Positions 23,980-34,068 of a DNA stretch of 64,000 nt are shown here, one piece after another (the first letter of the stretch is position 1; every line of letters starts with the position of its first letter). Origin of the DNA: a bacterium (GTDB taxonomy: Bacteria; SZUA-182; DTGQ01). The stretch spans positions 1-64,000 of the forward strand of contig JBFMGO010000015.1 in the NCBI GenBank assembly GCA_040752695.1. Direction: 5' to 3'. Below the pieces are notes generated by a model. The model had not been told where the DNA came from. It was given only the letters and a program-made list of their open reading frames with translations, and searched no databases. The position numbers and the translations under genes are program-made.

Positions 23980-24618
23980 ATGTCGAATAAATTGAATCTT
24001 TCAGTAACCAGAAGTAACCTGCTGCGACTGAGAGAAGAGCTCGATTTTGCCCAGGAAGGCTACGAATTGCTGGAGCAGAAGCGGGAGGTTCTGGTCATGG
24101 AGGTCATGTCCCTGATCGAAAAACTCAGGGAGTGGAAAAAACAGGCCGAAACAAGCCTTCAGGCAGCCTACCGTGCGCTGGAGGAGGCCAATATCGTCTT
24201 GGGTAAAGAAAGCGTGACCAGAGCCTCTTTGGCCATTCAGTCCGTTGAGAAAATCAGGGTGCGGGAGCGAAGCATCATGGGTGTGTCCATACCCCAGGTG
24301 GCCTTCAGCCGCTGCCAGGGCCCTTGCCACCACCAGTACGGTTTTGCAGGAACCTCGCCCAGCCTGGACAAGGCTGTGTACCTCTTCAGCTCCGCACTGG
24401 AAAAACTGGCCAAACTGGCCGAGGCCGAAGTCTCCCTCTTTCGCCTGGCCACTGAACTGAAAAAAACTCAGCGCCGCGCTAACTCCCTGCACTATATGTT
24501 CATCCCCGAATACCGCGAAACAATCAGATACCTGGAAAATACACTCGAAGAAAAAGAACGCGAAGAATTCTTCCAACTCAAACGCGCTAAGGAGTCGCAT
24601 CAGAAGCAGGTAGAGTGA
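23980..24618 (+). CDS. atpD: V/A-type ATP synthase subunit D
   Basis: TRSNLL.L...L..A..GY.LL..KR; KTQRRANSL...IP; E.EREEF..LK. Confidence 0.95.
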   Translation: MSNKLNLSVTRSNLLRLREELDFAQEGYELLEQKREVLVMEVMSLIEKLREWKKQAETSLQAAYRALEEANIVLGKESVTRASLAIQSVEKIRVRERSIMGVSIPQVAFSRCQGPCHHQYGFAGTSPSLDKAVYLFSSALEKLAKLAEAEVSLFRLATELKKTQRRANSLHYMFIPEYRETIRYLENTLEEKEREEFFQLKRAKESHQKQVE

Positions 24619-25360
24619 AAAAATTCGCCTGGGAAAGATGAGTGATTTTCCATCCTCCCGCAGCATCGGTAATTGTCAGGGTAAATGAAAGGAACCATTG
24701 GCGATCAGTGTCAGTGCTTACTCTGTCCAGTTTCGGGTTTGATCTACCCAGTTCAGGATAAACAGTGGCTGCCAGGGGAGAAGGAGAGATTTTGATCCTG
24801 ACCTGTGTAGTGAACGGGCCGCAATATCCAAAAGATGCAACGGCCGCAGAGGATGCGTTAGAAAAACAAGGGGAATCGGCAGACGCGGGGCAGCAGTGTA
24901 TCTCTGATTTTTCTGACACGTTGAGGCGGCGAAAGATTATGGTCAGTTCCCTGAGGCGGTCAATGCATTGTCGAATCAGCTTATCGCGCTGCAACCTCAC
25001 CTCGCTTTGCCCGCGGGGCGAGAGGATAGCAAAGAGGGGGCGCTGTTGTTCTTTTGAAAGTGGTGGAATTTCACAGTGATCCAGGAGGGTACAGATATCA
25101 CCCTTGAGGATTAATCTCATAAGTTCCTGAAATACTTGCTGCCGGACTGTATGCGGCCAGGCATCCAGATGTCTGAGGTCGGCCAGGGTGGGTTTCGTTT
25201 GATCATGTGGCATGACCTGAGCCTGAGTCTGAACCTCTTGAGGTAAACAGAGCATAAGCAGTAAACAGAGCATGAGCACTAAAAAGTGTAGAACTGTTAA
25301 AAAAGGTGCCAGCCAAAGAATCCGGACATTCTTCATAGAGCTTATTCCGTTCATAGTCAC
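24587..25360 (-). CDS. Hypothetical exported protein
   Basis: N-terminal hydrophobic segment; follows the glycosyltransferase on the same strand. Confidence 0.5.
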   Translation of the reverse strand: MTMNGISSMKNVRILWLAPFLTVLHFLVLMLCLLLMLCLPQEVQTQAQVMPHDQTKPTLADLRHLDAWPHTVRQQVFQELMRLILKGDICTLLDHCEIPPLSKEQQRPLFAILSPRGQSEVRLQRDKLIRQCIDRLRELTIIFRRLNVSEKSEIHCCPASADSPCFSNASSAAVASFGYCGPFTTQVRIKISPSPLAATVYPELGRSNPKLDRVSTDTDRQWFLSFTLTITDAAGGWKITHLSQANFFTLPASDATP

Positions 25361-25372
25361 CCAATAGTTATC

Positions 25373-26779
25373 TTAAGTATACGTCAGAAAGAAGGCTGCA
25401 AAGGAGAGTCCGAAGAGGCACATGAGCAAAAGAAATCCAATTGCTTCCACGCCCTTACTCTGTTGACGAAGCCATCGCAGCACCCCTTGACTCATGAAAA
25501 TGGCCAGGGGAAGGGATGAAACAAGGAAGTAGGATGCTTTGCCAGCAGAAAAATGCGGGGTTTTCAGGTTAAAGAAGATAAAAGAGCCAAGATTCAGGAA
25601 AAAGAGCACAAGGAGCGGCAGAGCAGGAGTATTGAGCTTTTGCCGGAGAGCCGACATGCTTTCCTTTCCGATCTGCGCACCAAGGAGTAATGTAGGTAAA
25701 ATACCAAGCCAAAGCAGTATTTTTCCAAGCCGTTGACGCCAGGGATCGCAGTGCAGCAGAAAAAAGTGGCTGAACGATTCGAACCAGAAATTGGAGTAAA
25801 CCAGTGTCCAGACATACCGTGACCGTGTGTAAGGCATATCTTCCCTGACCTTGCGTATAATGGGATCGCGAAAGATCCGGAAGTCAAACCCAAGAAAATC
25901 CGTCCATCGCCTCTCTCCGGGAGGCTGCCTGCTCATTACCTCATTGACATAAGGATAATTCTGGCTTAAGGCAAAAGGGTGTCCGAAAAGGAATATATTC
26001 CGGCTATAAACGCCAGCCGTCAGAAGAAGGCAAAGTATGAGAACGATCACCAGGGCAAAACCGTGCTCTTTCCGGCTGCCGGCCTTAAAGCTGTAACCAG
26101 CAGCGGTTTTGAAAGATATTTTTGACAAAAGGCAGATGATCGTGGTCATGAAAAGAAGAATACCGCTATATTTTGTCAATAAGGCGAGGCCGCAGACAAT
26201 GCCCATAGCTGCTGCCAGATGCAGGCGAAGTCTGGGCTTTTTATCGTACAAGATCAACAGGAAAAGGCCCATTGATGTCAGAAAGGCAACCATCTGTTCA
26301 TTCCCGATCATGGAGCTTGTATAGATATGGAGCGGCACAAAGAGGACAAAACAAAGGCCGAGGATCGACAGCGAAAAATCCCCCGGCCACAAAAGAGCAA
26401 TCGAGAAAAGAACCAGTGCGGCCATACCAAGATTCAGGAGAGTAGAGACAAGGCGAAAGAGAAGATGTACCGGCCAGGGAGACAAGGGACCCAGGAACTT
26501 CCAGATACCTGCCATGATATAATAGTAAAGGGGAGGATGAAAGGTTGACCACCCCTCATTGGCCAAGGGCGTACCCCAGCCGGCTTTTATCTGGCAGATA
26601 TAGGATAGATGCCCACTGGCATCGTAACCACAGGCCGGAGCAAACCGGATATTGTTATTAATACGAATAAAGGCGGCCAAAAGGAAACAGAGCAGAAGCG
26701 CGGCAGCCTGAAGGGTAATCTTTTTTTCCGATTCTTTGGCTGGCATGCCGGATGACGAAAACCATCGAAGGTGATTCAT
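25373..26779 (-). CDS. Multi-TM GT-C glycosyltransferase (ArnT/PMT-like)
   Basis: YD..GH..YI; HPPLYY; GLALLTKYSG; many TM helices. Confidence 0.8.
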   Translation of the reverse strand: MNHLRWFSSSGMPAKESEKKITLQAAALLLCFLLAAFIRINNNIRFAPACGYDASGHLSYICQIKAGWGTPLANEGWSTFHPPLYYYIMAGIWKFLGPLSPWPVHLLFRLVSTLLNLGMAALVLFSIALLWPGDFSLSILGLCFVLFVPLHIYTSSMIGNEQMVAFLTSMGLFLLILYDKKPRLRLHLAAAMGIVCGLALLTKYSGILLFMTTIICLLSKISFKTAAGYSFKAGSRKEHGFALVIVLILCLLLTAGVYSRNIFLFGHPFALSQNYPYVNEVMSRQPPGERRWTDFLGFDFRIFRDPIIRKVREDMPYTRSRYVWTLVYSNFWFESFSHFFLLHCDPWRQRLGKILLWLGILPTLLLGAQIGKESMSALRQKLNTPALPLLVLFFLNLGSFIFFNLKTPHFSAGKASYFLVSSLPLAIFMSQGVLRWLRQQSKGVEAIGFLLLMCLFGLSFAAFFLTYT

Positions 26780-26816
26780 AATCCTAGACTTTGAGCCGTA
26801 GAACGGCTATGATATT

Positions 26817-27251
26817 TCATGTGAGAATTTGATCCGCAATGCTGGAAACCGGTACTGAGGCATCGGTTGCTCCTTCGCTACAGGAGGATCGGATGCAGGA
26901 ACAGGAACAGAAGCAGATAAGGTAGATGGAGCGATAGCCAATATTCTTGAAGGCGTGGGTAACAGCGGGTGGAATCAGAATCAATTCCTTGACGATTCCA
27001 TCATAGACAAATTCTTCATATATGCCGGTAGCCCTGTTCCTGGTTGCTACCAGGCATTTTCCACCCAGGATGATTACCGCTTCAGAGTGATGTTCGTGGT
27101 AGTGATTCCCTCGGACAGCCTGGGGACGAAGACTGGGAATATGCATGTCGGCGCTGGCAAAGTCCTTGATCACAGGGGGAGTAATAATCCAGCCACGATC
27201 ATCCTTTCTGGTTGGCAAAGGGATTCGTTCGATGTTTTGCATGAATCTCAT
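26817..27251 (-). CDS. Cupin, nucleotide-sugar isomerase/epimerase-like (FdtA/WxcM or CapF C-terminal type)
   Basis: D.RG; RGNHYH....E; IPP.V.HAFKN. Confidence 0.75.
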   Translation of the reverse strand: MRFMQNIERIPLPTRKDDRGWIITPPVIKDFASADMHIPSLRPQAVRGNHYHEHHSEAVIILGGKCLVATRNRATGIYEEFVYDGIVKELILIPPAVTHAFKNIGYRSIYLICFCSCSCIRSSCSEGATDASVPVSSIADQILT

Positions 27252-27379
27252 TATATAAATTTTTTCAGAAAAGGCAAGCTTGTTTATACCATAATTTCTC
27301 AGTATCAGTACAGGTCGCGTGAATTACGCAGCCAATAGATGTGTACTTCAAGGATGCCAATGCCAAGGATGGATTATCT

Positions 27380-29353
27380 ATGGATTCATTTTTCATAAAA
27401 GCTTTGGGACAGGAACTGAAGTCTGCAATTACGGGGGCCAGAGTAGGGATGCCCTTCCTTGAGGATCCTTTCCGGATTATCTTTCCTCTGACGGTTTCGG
27501 GGAAAAAAGTGTATCTGTACTGCTCGTGCCACCCTTCTCTTCCAGTTCTTTATCTTATGGAGGAAGAGCCTCCCTGCAAAGAGGAGAAAGGGCACGATCA
27601 GGCAGAAACGCTCATCCAAAAATACCTGACCGGAGCCGACATTACCGAAATCCGGGTTGTAGAGATGGAGCGAATCCTGATTTTACGATTGCAGATAGAC
27701 AGGCGGCATCGGGACCTTCCTCCTGAGTACCCTGCAATGTATTTGATCTTTGAACTCATAGGCAGGTATGCTAATGTTATCGTAACCGCAGAGCAGGGGG
27801 CGGGATTGTCTGCCGAGCCAGCATCGCTCATAGATTCAGCAAAGAACACCAGGCCATCAGCAGCTATTGTGCCATCAGTGACAACTGAACCGTTACCAAC
27901 CGGCAAATCGCCGGCTACCATGGGAAAGATTCTGGTAGCTCTGCGCTATGTTCCTGCATATAAAAACCGGTATCGCCAGATTCTCCTGGGACACCCCTAC
28001 CGTTTTCCTCCGCCGCCAAAGGGTAAGGCAGATCCATTATCGCAGACCGAAGAGACTTTTTTCCGGTTTCTTGAGGCCTATGAATGTACGATCCCTTTGC
28101 CCGAATTTTTGCATCAACATATGGCGGGTCTTGATCTTCTTGTTGCCAGGGAGATCTGCCAGAGAGCCAGGATCAGAAGTGATAACAGAAGGGATAACGG
28201 AAGGGATAAAATCCATGAAGAGAAAAAATCTCTTTGGACAGCTTTTCAGGAAGTTTTGGACATATATCGGGAGGGGATCTTTTCTCCCAGAATTCTGCAT
28301 TTTGATAATGGAAGCGTGCGGCTGTTCTCCTTTCCTCTTGACAAGCATCCTGACAGGCCAGGCCAGGAGGGAAAAGAGCGCAGTGAAGAGTACATCGAAG
28401 AACACTCGGACAGTGTTTTCCAGAGTGCCAGTGAAGCAGCCAGACATTTTGAAAGGATAGAGCAAAAGCATGATGCTGCGCAAGTACTGCGTGATTTTCT
28501 CAGGCAAAGGATTCGTCTTGCCCTGGAGCGAGTCAGATCGCGGCAGTCTGCTCTTGAGGAAGATTTCATGAAGGCTGATCAGGCCGAGGAATACAGGCAA
28601 AAAGGTGATATCATTACCGCGAACCTGCACCAGCTCAAGAAAGGAATGGATCACCTTGAAGCAGAAAATTTCTTCGATCCCCGGCAGTCTGCTCTCATAA
28701 CCATCCCCCTGGACCCGCTTTTGACTCCTGCCCAGAACGCTCAAAGTTACTACAGGAAGTATACCAAGGCCAAAAAATCGGCTGATATCGTTTTACAGCG
28801 CCTGGAAGCGGCTCAGGAAGAGGCGGCCTTTCTCTCTTCACTGAAAGATAAGATAGAGGCCGAAAGCAGGCTGCCCCTGCTGCATGAGCATGAGAGTCTT
28901 TTGAGAGAAAAAGGATTCCTTCATCTTGAAGGCAGTCAGGCATCTATTTCTCAGAGGACTGCCGGGAGGCGGTCTGATGAAAGATCGGTCTTCAAGGATA
29001 TCCGCAGGTATGTATCAACCGATGGGATGGAGATTCTGGTGGGGAAAAACGACCGGGGCAACGATGCCCTGACGTGCAAAATCGCCCAGAAGGATGACCT
29101 ATGGCTTCATACGCAGGATGTGGCCGGGTCCCATGTCCTTATTCGGAACCCGGAGCGGCTGTCCCAGATTCCTTTTTCTACCATTTTACAGGCCGCCTCG
29201 CTGGCGGCCTATTTCAGCAAGGCCAGGAAGGATACCAAAGTGGCCGTAGATTATGCCTTCAGGAAATATATCACCAAACCGAAAGGGGCAAGGCCTGGCC
29301 TGGTCCTGATGACCCGCAAAAGCACCGTCTTAGTCCCTCCTCAATCTCTTTAA
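27380..29353 (+). CDS. rqcH: Ribosome quality-control protein RqcH (NFACT/FbpA family)
   Basis: ERIL; ELIGR.ANVI; IPLDP..TP.QNAQ.YY.KY.KAK; VGKN..GND.L; WLH....GSHV. Confidence 0.92.
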   Translation: MDSFFIKALGQELKSAITGARVGMPFLEDPFRIIFPLTVSGKKVYLYCSCHPSLPVLYLMEEEPPCKEEKGHDQAETLIQKYLTGADITEIRVVEMERILILRLQIDRRHRDLPPEYPAMYLIFELIGRYANVIVTAEQGAGLSAEPASLIDSAKNTRPSAAIVPSVTTEPLPTGKSPATMGKILVALRYVPAYKNRYRQILLGHPYRFPPPPKGKADPLSQTEETFFRFLEAYECTIPLPEFLHQHMAGLDLLVAREICQRARIRSDNRRDNGRDKIHEEKKSLWTAFQEVLDIYREGIFSPRILHFDNGSVRLFSFPLDKHPDRPGQEGKERSEEYIEEHSDSVFQSASEAARHFERIEQKHDAAQVLRDFLRQRIRLALERVRSRQSALEEDFMKADQAEEYRQKGDIITANLHQLKKGMDHLEAENFFDPRQSALITIPLDPLLTPAQNAQSYYRKYTKAKKSADIVLQRLEAAQEEAAFLSSLKDKIEAESRLPLLHEHESLLREKGFLHLEGSQASISQRTAGRRSDERSVFKDIRRYVSTDGMEILVGKNDRGNDALTCKIAQKDDLWLHTQDVAGSHVLIRNPERLSQIPFSTILQAASLAAYFSKARKDTKVAVDYAFRKYITKPKGARPGLVLMTRKSTVLVPPQSL

Positions 29354-29523
29354 GGAAAAATTTTAAAATTATTATCATGGTGTGAAGGCTCGGTTTCATC
29401 AAAACATACAAATTGTCGGCATCTTCTCTCCGATTTATTATCTCGGCCATGCTTTAGTATTTTTCGGTAAGTGCTTGAAATATAGATAGTATCTTTGTAC
29501 ATAACAGCTAAACACCAAAAAGC

Positions 29524-30273
29524 TCACCCGATCTGGAGAAAGCGGTAGGAGCGGATTTCCTTATCCAGGTGATAAACGATGAAGGAGTGCAGCAGGCTCT
29601 GGAGTTCTTTCCTGTTGGCTGCGGTGAGGTGAAGACGGTCGGTCTTCAGGAGCTGAAATCGTATTGCCTGGCGAAGGAAATTCAAACTCCCCGGTGATAC
29701 ACCGATACCGGAGATATGCTTTTTCTGTGCGCATGCAGAGCAGACAATCCCCCCCATCGAGGGGATAAATCCGACTTTGAATGACAGGGGAGGGGCAGAA
29801 CAAAACAGACATTTTTCAATCTGCGGCTGATATCCCAAGAGGGTCAGCAGGCGGACTTCGAAGACAAGGATCACCTTTTCCTTATCCTCACCCTTTTGGA
29901 GCATCTCCATTTGTCGCAGGAAGAGGGTCAGAATTTCCGGTCTTTTATCCTCGAGGGAGGTAAGCTCATAGATAAGTTCAGCCATATAAAAGGCCGCATA
30001 CAAGCGGGGTGGATCATCGTACAGGCGATGATATGATTGAGCAATGATCGCTTCACGAAGGGGATAGATATTTTTGATTCCCCGTTTCACGATAACCATT
30101 TCCGCGTGGGTGAGTAAATCTATATTGGAGGTGAAATTGCTCTTTTGTTTTCTGGCTCTTTTGGCAATGCACTGAATTTTTCCGTATTCTTCCGTATAGC
30201 AGGTAATGATTCTATCGGTATCGCTGTATTTGATACTTTTGAGAACAATTCCCTTCACTTTCTCAAGAGACAT
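29524..30273 (-). CDS. recO: DNA repair protein RecO
   Basis: GIVLK...YSDTDRII..YT..YGKI..IAK.AR; CxxC...GG..CxxC; next to era. Confidence 0.95.
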   Translation of the reverse strand: MSLEKVKGIVLKSIKYSDTDRIITCYTEEYGKIQCIAKRARKQKSNFTSNIDLLTHAEMVIVKRGIKNIYPLREAIIAQSYHRLYDDPPRLYAAFYMAELIYELTSLEDKRPEILTLFLRQMEMLQKGEDKEKVILVFEVRLLTLLGYQPQIEKCLFCSAPPLSFKVGFIPSMGGIVCSACAQKKHISGIGVSPGSLNFLRQAIRFQLLKTDRLHLTAANRKELQSLLHSFIVYHLDKEIRSYRFLQIG

Positions 30274-30390
30274 GATTTAACTGAATACTTCTTTCTCGGA
30301 TCGTAGTAATGTAATTGATAATAATACAATTGATTATAAAATAATCGACAGCCGTATAATCGCCGGTCATCAGTAGCCGAATATCGGTCA

Positions 30391-31284
30391 TCAGTAACCG
30401 AGTTCATTCAAAGATCTTTCATTATCGGGCCAATCCCTGTTCACCTTTACCCATAGTTCGAGAAATACCTTTGCGTCGAGGTAGTGCTCGATCTCAAGAC
30501 GGGCCGACTGGCCGATTTGTTTCAGCATTTTTCCTCCCTTGCCGATCAGTATCCCTTTTTGAGACTCACGTTCTACGAAAATGGTGGCTGAAATCCGGAT
30601 AACTCCATTGGGAGTATTCTCTTCGAAGGATTCGATCGCCACTGCCGTGGAATAGGGAATTTCCTGCATGGTCATGCAGATGACCTGCTCTCTGATCATT
30701 TCAGCCACGATAAAGCGGGTTGACCGGTCAGTCAGGGTATCATCCGGGTAGTAGTGCGGGCTTGAGGGAAGATAATGGATAATTTTGGGAACGAGCTCTT
30801 CCATGTTTTCTCCTTTCAGTGCGGAGATGGGGAAGATATCAGCCAGGTTGAGCTGCGAGTTGTATTTATCCATAATGGGCAGGAGGGCGCCTTTGGAAAC
30901 CAGATCGATTTTATTGATGATTAAAATGATCGGGCATTTGGTTTTTTGCAGGACCGTGACAAGATATCCTTCATCCGGCTGATGAGGTCTGGAGGCATCG
31001 GTTATGAAAAGTATCAAATCCGATTCGCCAATGGCTTCAAGGGCGCGTTTGATCATTCTCTGGTTGAGTCTGATTTTGGATTGATGGATTCCCGGAGTAT
31101 CAAAAAAAATCATCTGGGCCTGACCTTCCGTCCTGACGCCCAGAATCTTGTTTCTTGTCGTCTGCGGCTTGTGAGTAACAATAGCCAGCCTTTCTCCTAC
31201 CAGCAGATTGAGGAGAGTGGATTTGCCGACATTCGGAGCTCCGACAATGGAAATATAGCCTGATTTGGAAAGTTTTGTGCTCAT
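30391..31284 (-). CDS. era: GTPase Era
   Basis: GAPNVGKSTL; KPQTTR; DTPG; NKID; KH domain SQKGILIGKGG. Confidence 0.97.
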   Translation of the reverse strand: MSTKLSKSGYISIVGAPNVGKSTLLNLLVGERLAIVTHKPQTTRNKILGVRTEGQAQMIFFDTPGIHQSKIRLNQRMIKRALEAIGESDLILFITDASRPHQPDEGYLVTVLQKTKCPIILIINKIDLVSKGALLPIMDKYNSQLNLADIFPISALKGENMEELVPKIIHYLPSSPHYYPDDTLTDRSTRFIVAEMIREQVICMTMQEIPYSTAVAIESFEENTPNGVIRISATIFVERESQKGILIGKGGKMLKQIGQSARLEIEHYLDAKVFLELWVKVNRDWPDNERSLNELGY

Positions 31285-31536
31285 TATAAAACATCCAATA
31301 AGTTAACAAGTTATGTCTAAAACAATAGCACAGATTCACTAAAAACTCAATACGGCTTTTTTTTGGCAGGTCGGCTGGCCTGAAGAGACAAAAGGAAGGG
31401 AAATTTTCATACCGTTGACTTCCGATGCAGTGAGGACAGGGATTCCGATAAGAATAATATAGTCTTTGGTGAGGTTTTTTGCCTTGAAACCTGACAGGGG
31501 ATATTGAAAAAAGGCAACGGCAGAAGGAAATACCTA

Positions 31537-31854
31537 ATGGGCAATCTCATAGGAGAGTGGTTGGGGGTTATTCCCGGGGCTTATCTGTGGGAAAACAGCC
31601 TCGTAGTTCCCCTATGGCAAATGGGGCTTTACATAATCGTTATATCTTTTTGTTTACTTTTCAAAAGGTATCGCCTGGGCTTATCGACTTCCTTTATTTT
31701 TTGTTTCTATTGGGGATTTGTGGCCAATAGAAGCCTGCTTGTGGAGTGTACGAAAAGTGCCGACCGTTTTTCCCTCCCTTTTTTTCTGTATGTTGCAGGT
31801 GGCTTTGTGCTGGTCGTATTATCGGTGATTGCCTTTTTTTCCTCTGATGATTAA
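31537..31854 (+). CDS. Small membrane protein (about 3 TM helices)
   Basis: Hydrophobic helices; plausible RBS. Confidence 0.55.
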   Translation: MGNLIGEWLGVIPGAYLWENSLVVPLWQMGLYIIVISFCLLFKRYRLGLSTSFIFCFYWGFVANRSLLVECTKSADRFSLPFFLYVAGGFVLVVLSVIAFFSSDD

Positions 31855-31861
31855 GAGATTG

Positions 31862-33622
31862 TCACGCATCAGGACATGCACTTGATTGGATGCAGGCGAG
31901 GAATGATCGGACCTTATGCAGGGTCTCCATGTATTCCAGATAGGGACTTGAGTCCGTAACCACACCGCCGCCGGCATTAAACCAGATGTTAGGTCCCTGC
32001 TTGAGTATGGTCCGGATAGGGATATTGAAATCCGAGACCTGATTGAAGCCGAAGTAGCCGAGAGCTCCGCAATAGACGCTTCGTCTGACATTTTCAAGTT
32101 CGGCAATGATTTGCATGGCCCTGATCTTGGGTGTGCCGGTAATCGATCCGCCTGGAAAGCAGGCCCGAAGGCATTCAAGGTGATCGATTCCCGGTCGCAG
32201 ACGGCCGCTCACCGTAGAGACCAGGTGAAAAACAGTGGCGTATTTTTCCACCTCGAAAAGCTGATCCACGCACACGGAGTTAAGAGCACAGACCTTTGCG
32301 AGATCGTTTCTCTCCATATCCACGACCATCAGCAATTCTGCCTGGTCCTTTTCGCTCTGCCATAGTTGTTTGGCCAGGATAAGATCCTCCTGTTCCGTTC
32401 GCCCCCTTGGCACCGTGCCTTTAATCGGCCTGGTCTGGACTCTGTCTCCTTCCATGCGCAGGAAGCGCTCCATGGAAAAGCACAGGATTTCTCTCTGCTC
32501 GAATCGAAGGTATCCTCCATAAGGGACGCGATTTATCTTACGGATCTTTCGGTAAAGGTCGAATCCTTCTTCTGTCGTTTCGGTGGAAAATTGCTGGGAG
32601 AGATTTACCTGATAGACATCTCCACGGGCAATATAGTCTTTGATGGTCCCGACCGCTTTTTGATAAGTGCTGGAGGTGAAGTTGGAGCGTAGATCCGTTT
32701 TCGCTGAGAGATTCCAGAAACTGCTTCCTGAAGCACCATCTGATATATTTTCCGAAGCCGCTCCTGAAAAAACTTTTTGAGACCTCCTTGAAAAATCACC
32801 TGCAAGATCGCCTGTACCACCCCCTGAAGCCACCCCGAAAGTAACTTCCGAAGGAGTGATCAACACATGGCCGCCGGTATTTGAGCAGCTTGGAAAGAAA
32901 TTGCCAGCAAAGATTTGTTCCTCATAATGTTGCGCATCTTTTGCCGGTATCTTTTCCAGCAAAGAAAGGAAATGAGAAAACCGCTCATGAGCCCATCGAT
33001 CCTGCATGGCGCCAAGGAAGGGAAACCCGGTGGAAACAAGAGTGAGTATCCTCCGGCGATGGTCAAAGACTAAAAGGGTGTCATAAAATCTCCATTCCAT
33101 CTGCGGCCAGTCCTCGAATCCCTGAAGAGGCGGGATGCCAGCTTCCCATGATGCACCAAAGTCATAGGAGATGTATCCTATGGCTGCTCCCAGCGGCAGG
33201 AGAGAATCCAAAGACCCCTGGTGTGAAAGGGGGGGAGATGATGGGGAGGAGGGAAGGGGGACCCGGAACCTGTTTATAAGTTCCCTGAGTGTACGGAAAG
33301 GATCGCCCTCACTGGCGGCCACCTTGAACTGGTCAATCCAGGAGGTCCGGTCAAGCGGGTCCCCGGAAAAGACCGGACTTTCGCCGCCCTGACCCTGGCA
33401 GGATATACCAGAAGGGTCTTCGCAAATATGACCGGGGCAAGACAGGTGACTTTTCCCCTTATGCCAGGAAAACTTCAGGAATGGCTCAAGAGCTATCAGG
33501 GAGTAACGGGCAAGGCCGTGCTGATGATCGCTGCTGTCAAGGAAAGCGAAGTCGGGCCGGTCAGCCAGATGCGAGGCTACCTGCAAAGGATCGGGGTAAT
33601 AGTTCAGGGGTTGAATAATCAT
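31862..33622 (-). CDS. pabB: Aminodeoxychorismate synthase component I
   Basis: FLDS; GDVYQVNLSQ; TRPIKGT.PRG; AELLMVVDMERNDL; FPGGSITGTPK. Confidence 0.9.
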   Translation of the reverse strand: MIIQPLNYYPDPLQVASHLADRPDFAFLDSSDHQHGLARYSLIALEPFLKFSWHKGKSHLSCPGHICEDPSGISCQGQGGESPVFSGDPLDRTSWIDQFKVAASEGDPFRTLRELINRFRVPLPSSPSSPPLSHQGSLDSLLPLGAAIGYISYDFGASWEAGIPPLQGFEDWPQMEWRFYDTLLVFDHRRRILTLVSTGFPFLGAMQDRWAHERFSHFLSLLEKIPAKDAQHYEEQIFAGNFFPSCSNTGGHVLITPSEVTFGVASGGGTGDLAGDFSRRSQKVFSGAASENISDGASGSSFWNLSAKTDLRSNFTSSTYQKAVGTIKDYIARGDVYQVNLSQQFSTETTEEGFDLYRKIRKINRVPYGGYLRFEQREILCFSMERFLRMEGDRVQTRPIKGTVPRGRTEQEDLILAKQLWQSEKDQAELLMVVDMERNDLAKVCALNSVCVDQLFEVEKYATVFHLVSTVSGRLRPGIDHLECLRACFPGGSITGTPKIRAMQIIAELENVRRSVYCGALGYFGFNQVSDFNIPIRTILKQGPNIWFNAGGGVVTDSSPYLEYMETLHKVRSFLACIQSSACPDA

Positions 33623-34068
33623 ATTCTAAAAATACCACAAATTTCATTCTGGTTCCACTATCAAATATCAAAATAAATTTGTCAACTAGTATTTTAAAGG
33701 TATATAATATAAAGAGGTAATTATCGCTCTGACTTTCCAGTTTTAAGGAGGATGGCATGATGAGCTAGTCCAGGTTATTGAAAAAAAACAGGCTCCTATT
33801 CTTTTAATCTCATTCTCCAGCATTCAATAGCCTTTCACCTTTTCTCTTTCGTAGGCTGTACTTCCCGCTTTTATTGAACTTCATGCAGTAATTTTCAGGA
33901 TAATTTCTTAAGCACCATCGCTCGTGTAGCTTAAAAGACAAAATACAGTTGTGTATTTTGTGTCAAAGGAGGTGGTGAGATAAGGCAAATTTTACACTTT
34001 CTCATTTCGTCTATTATCATTAAAGGCTTATTGATAATACTTGGCATTACAGTCTTAAGGAGGTAGTT

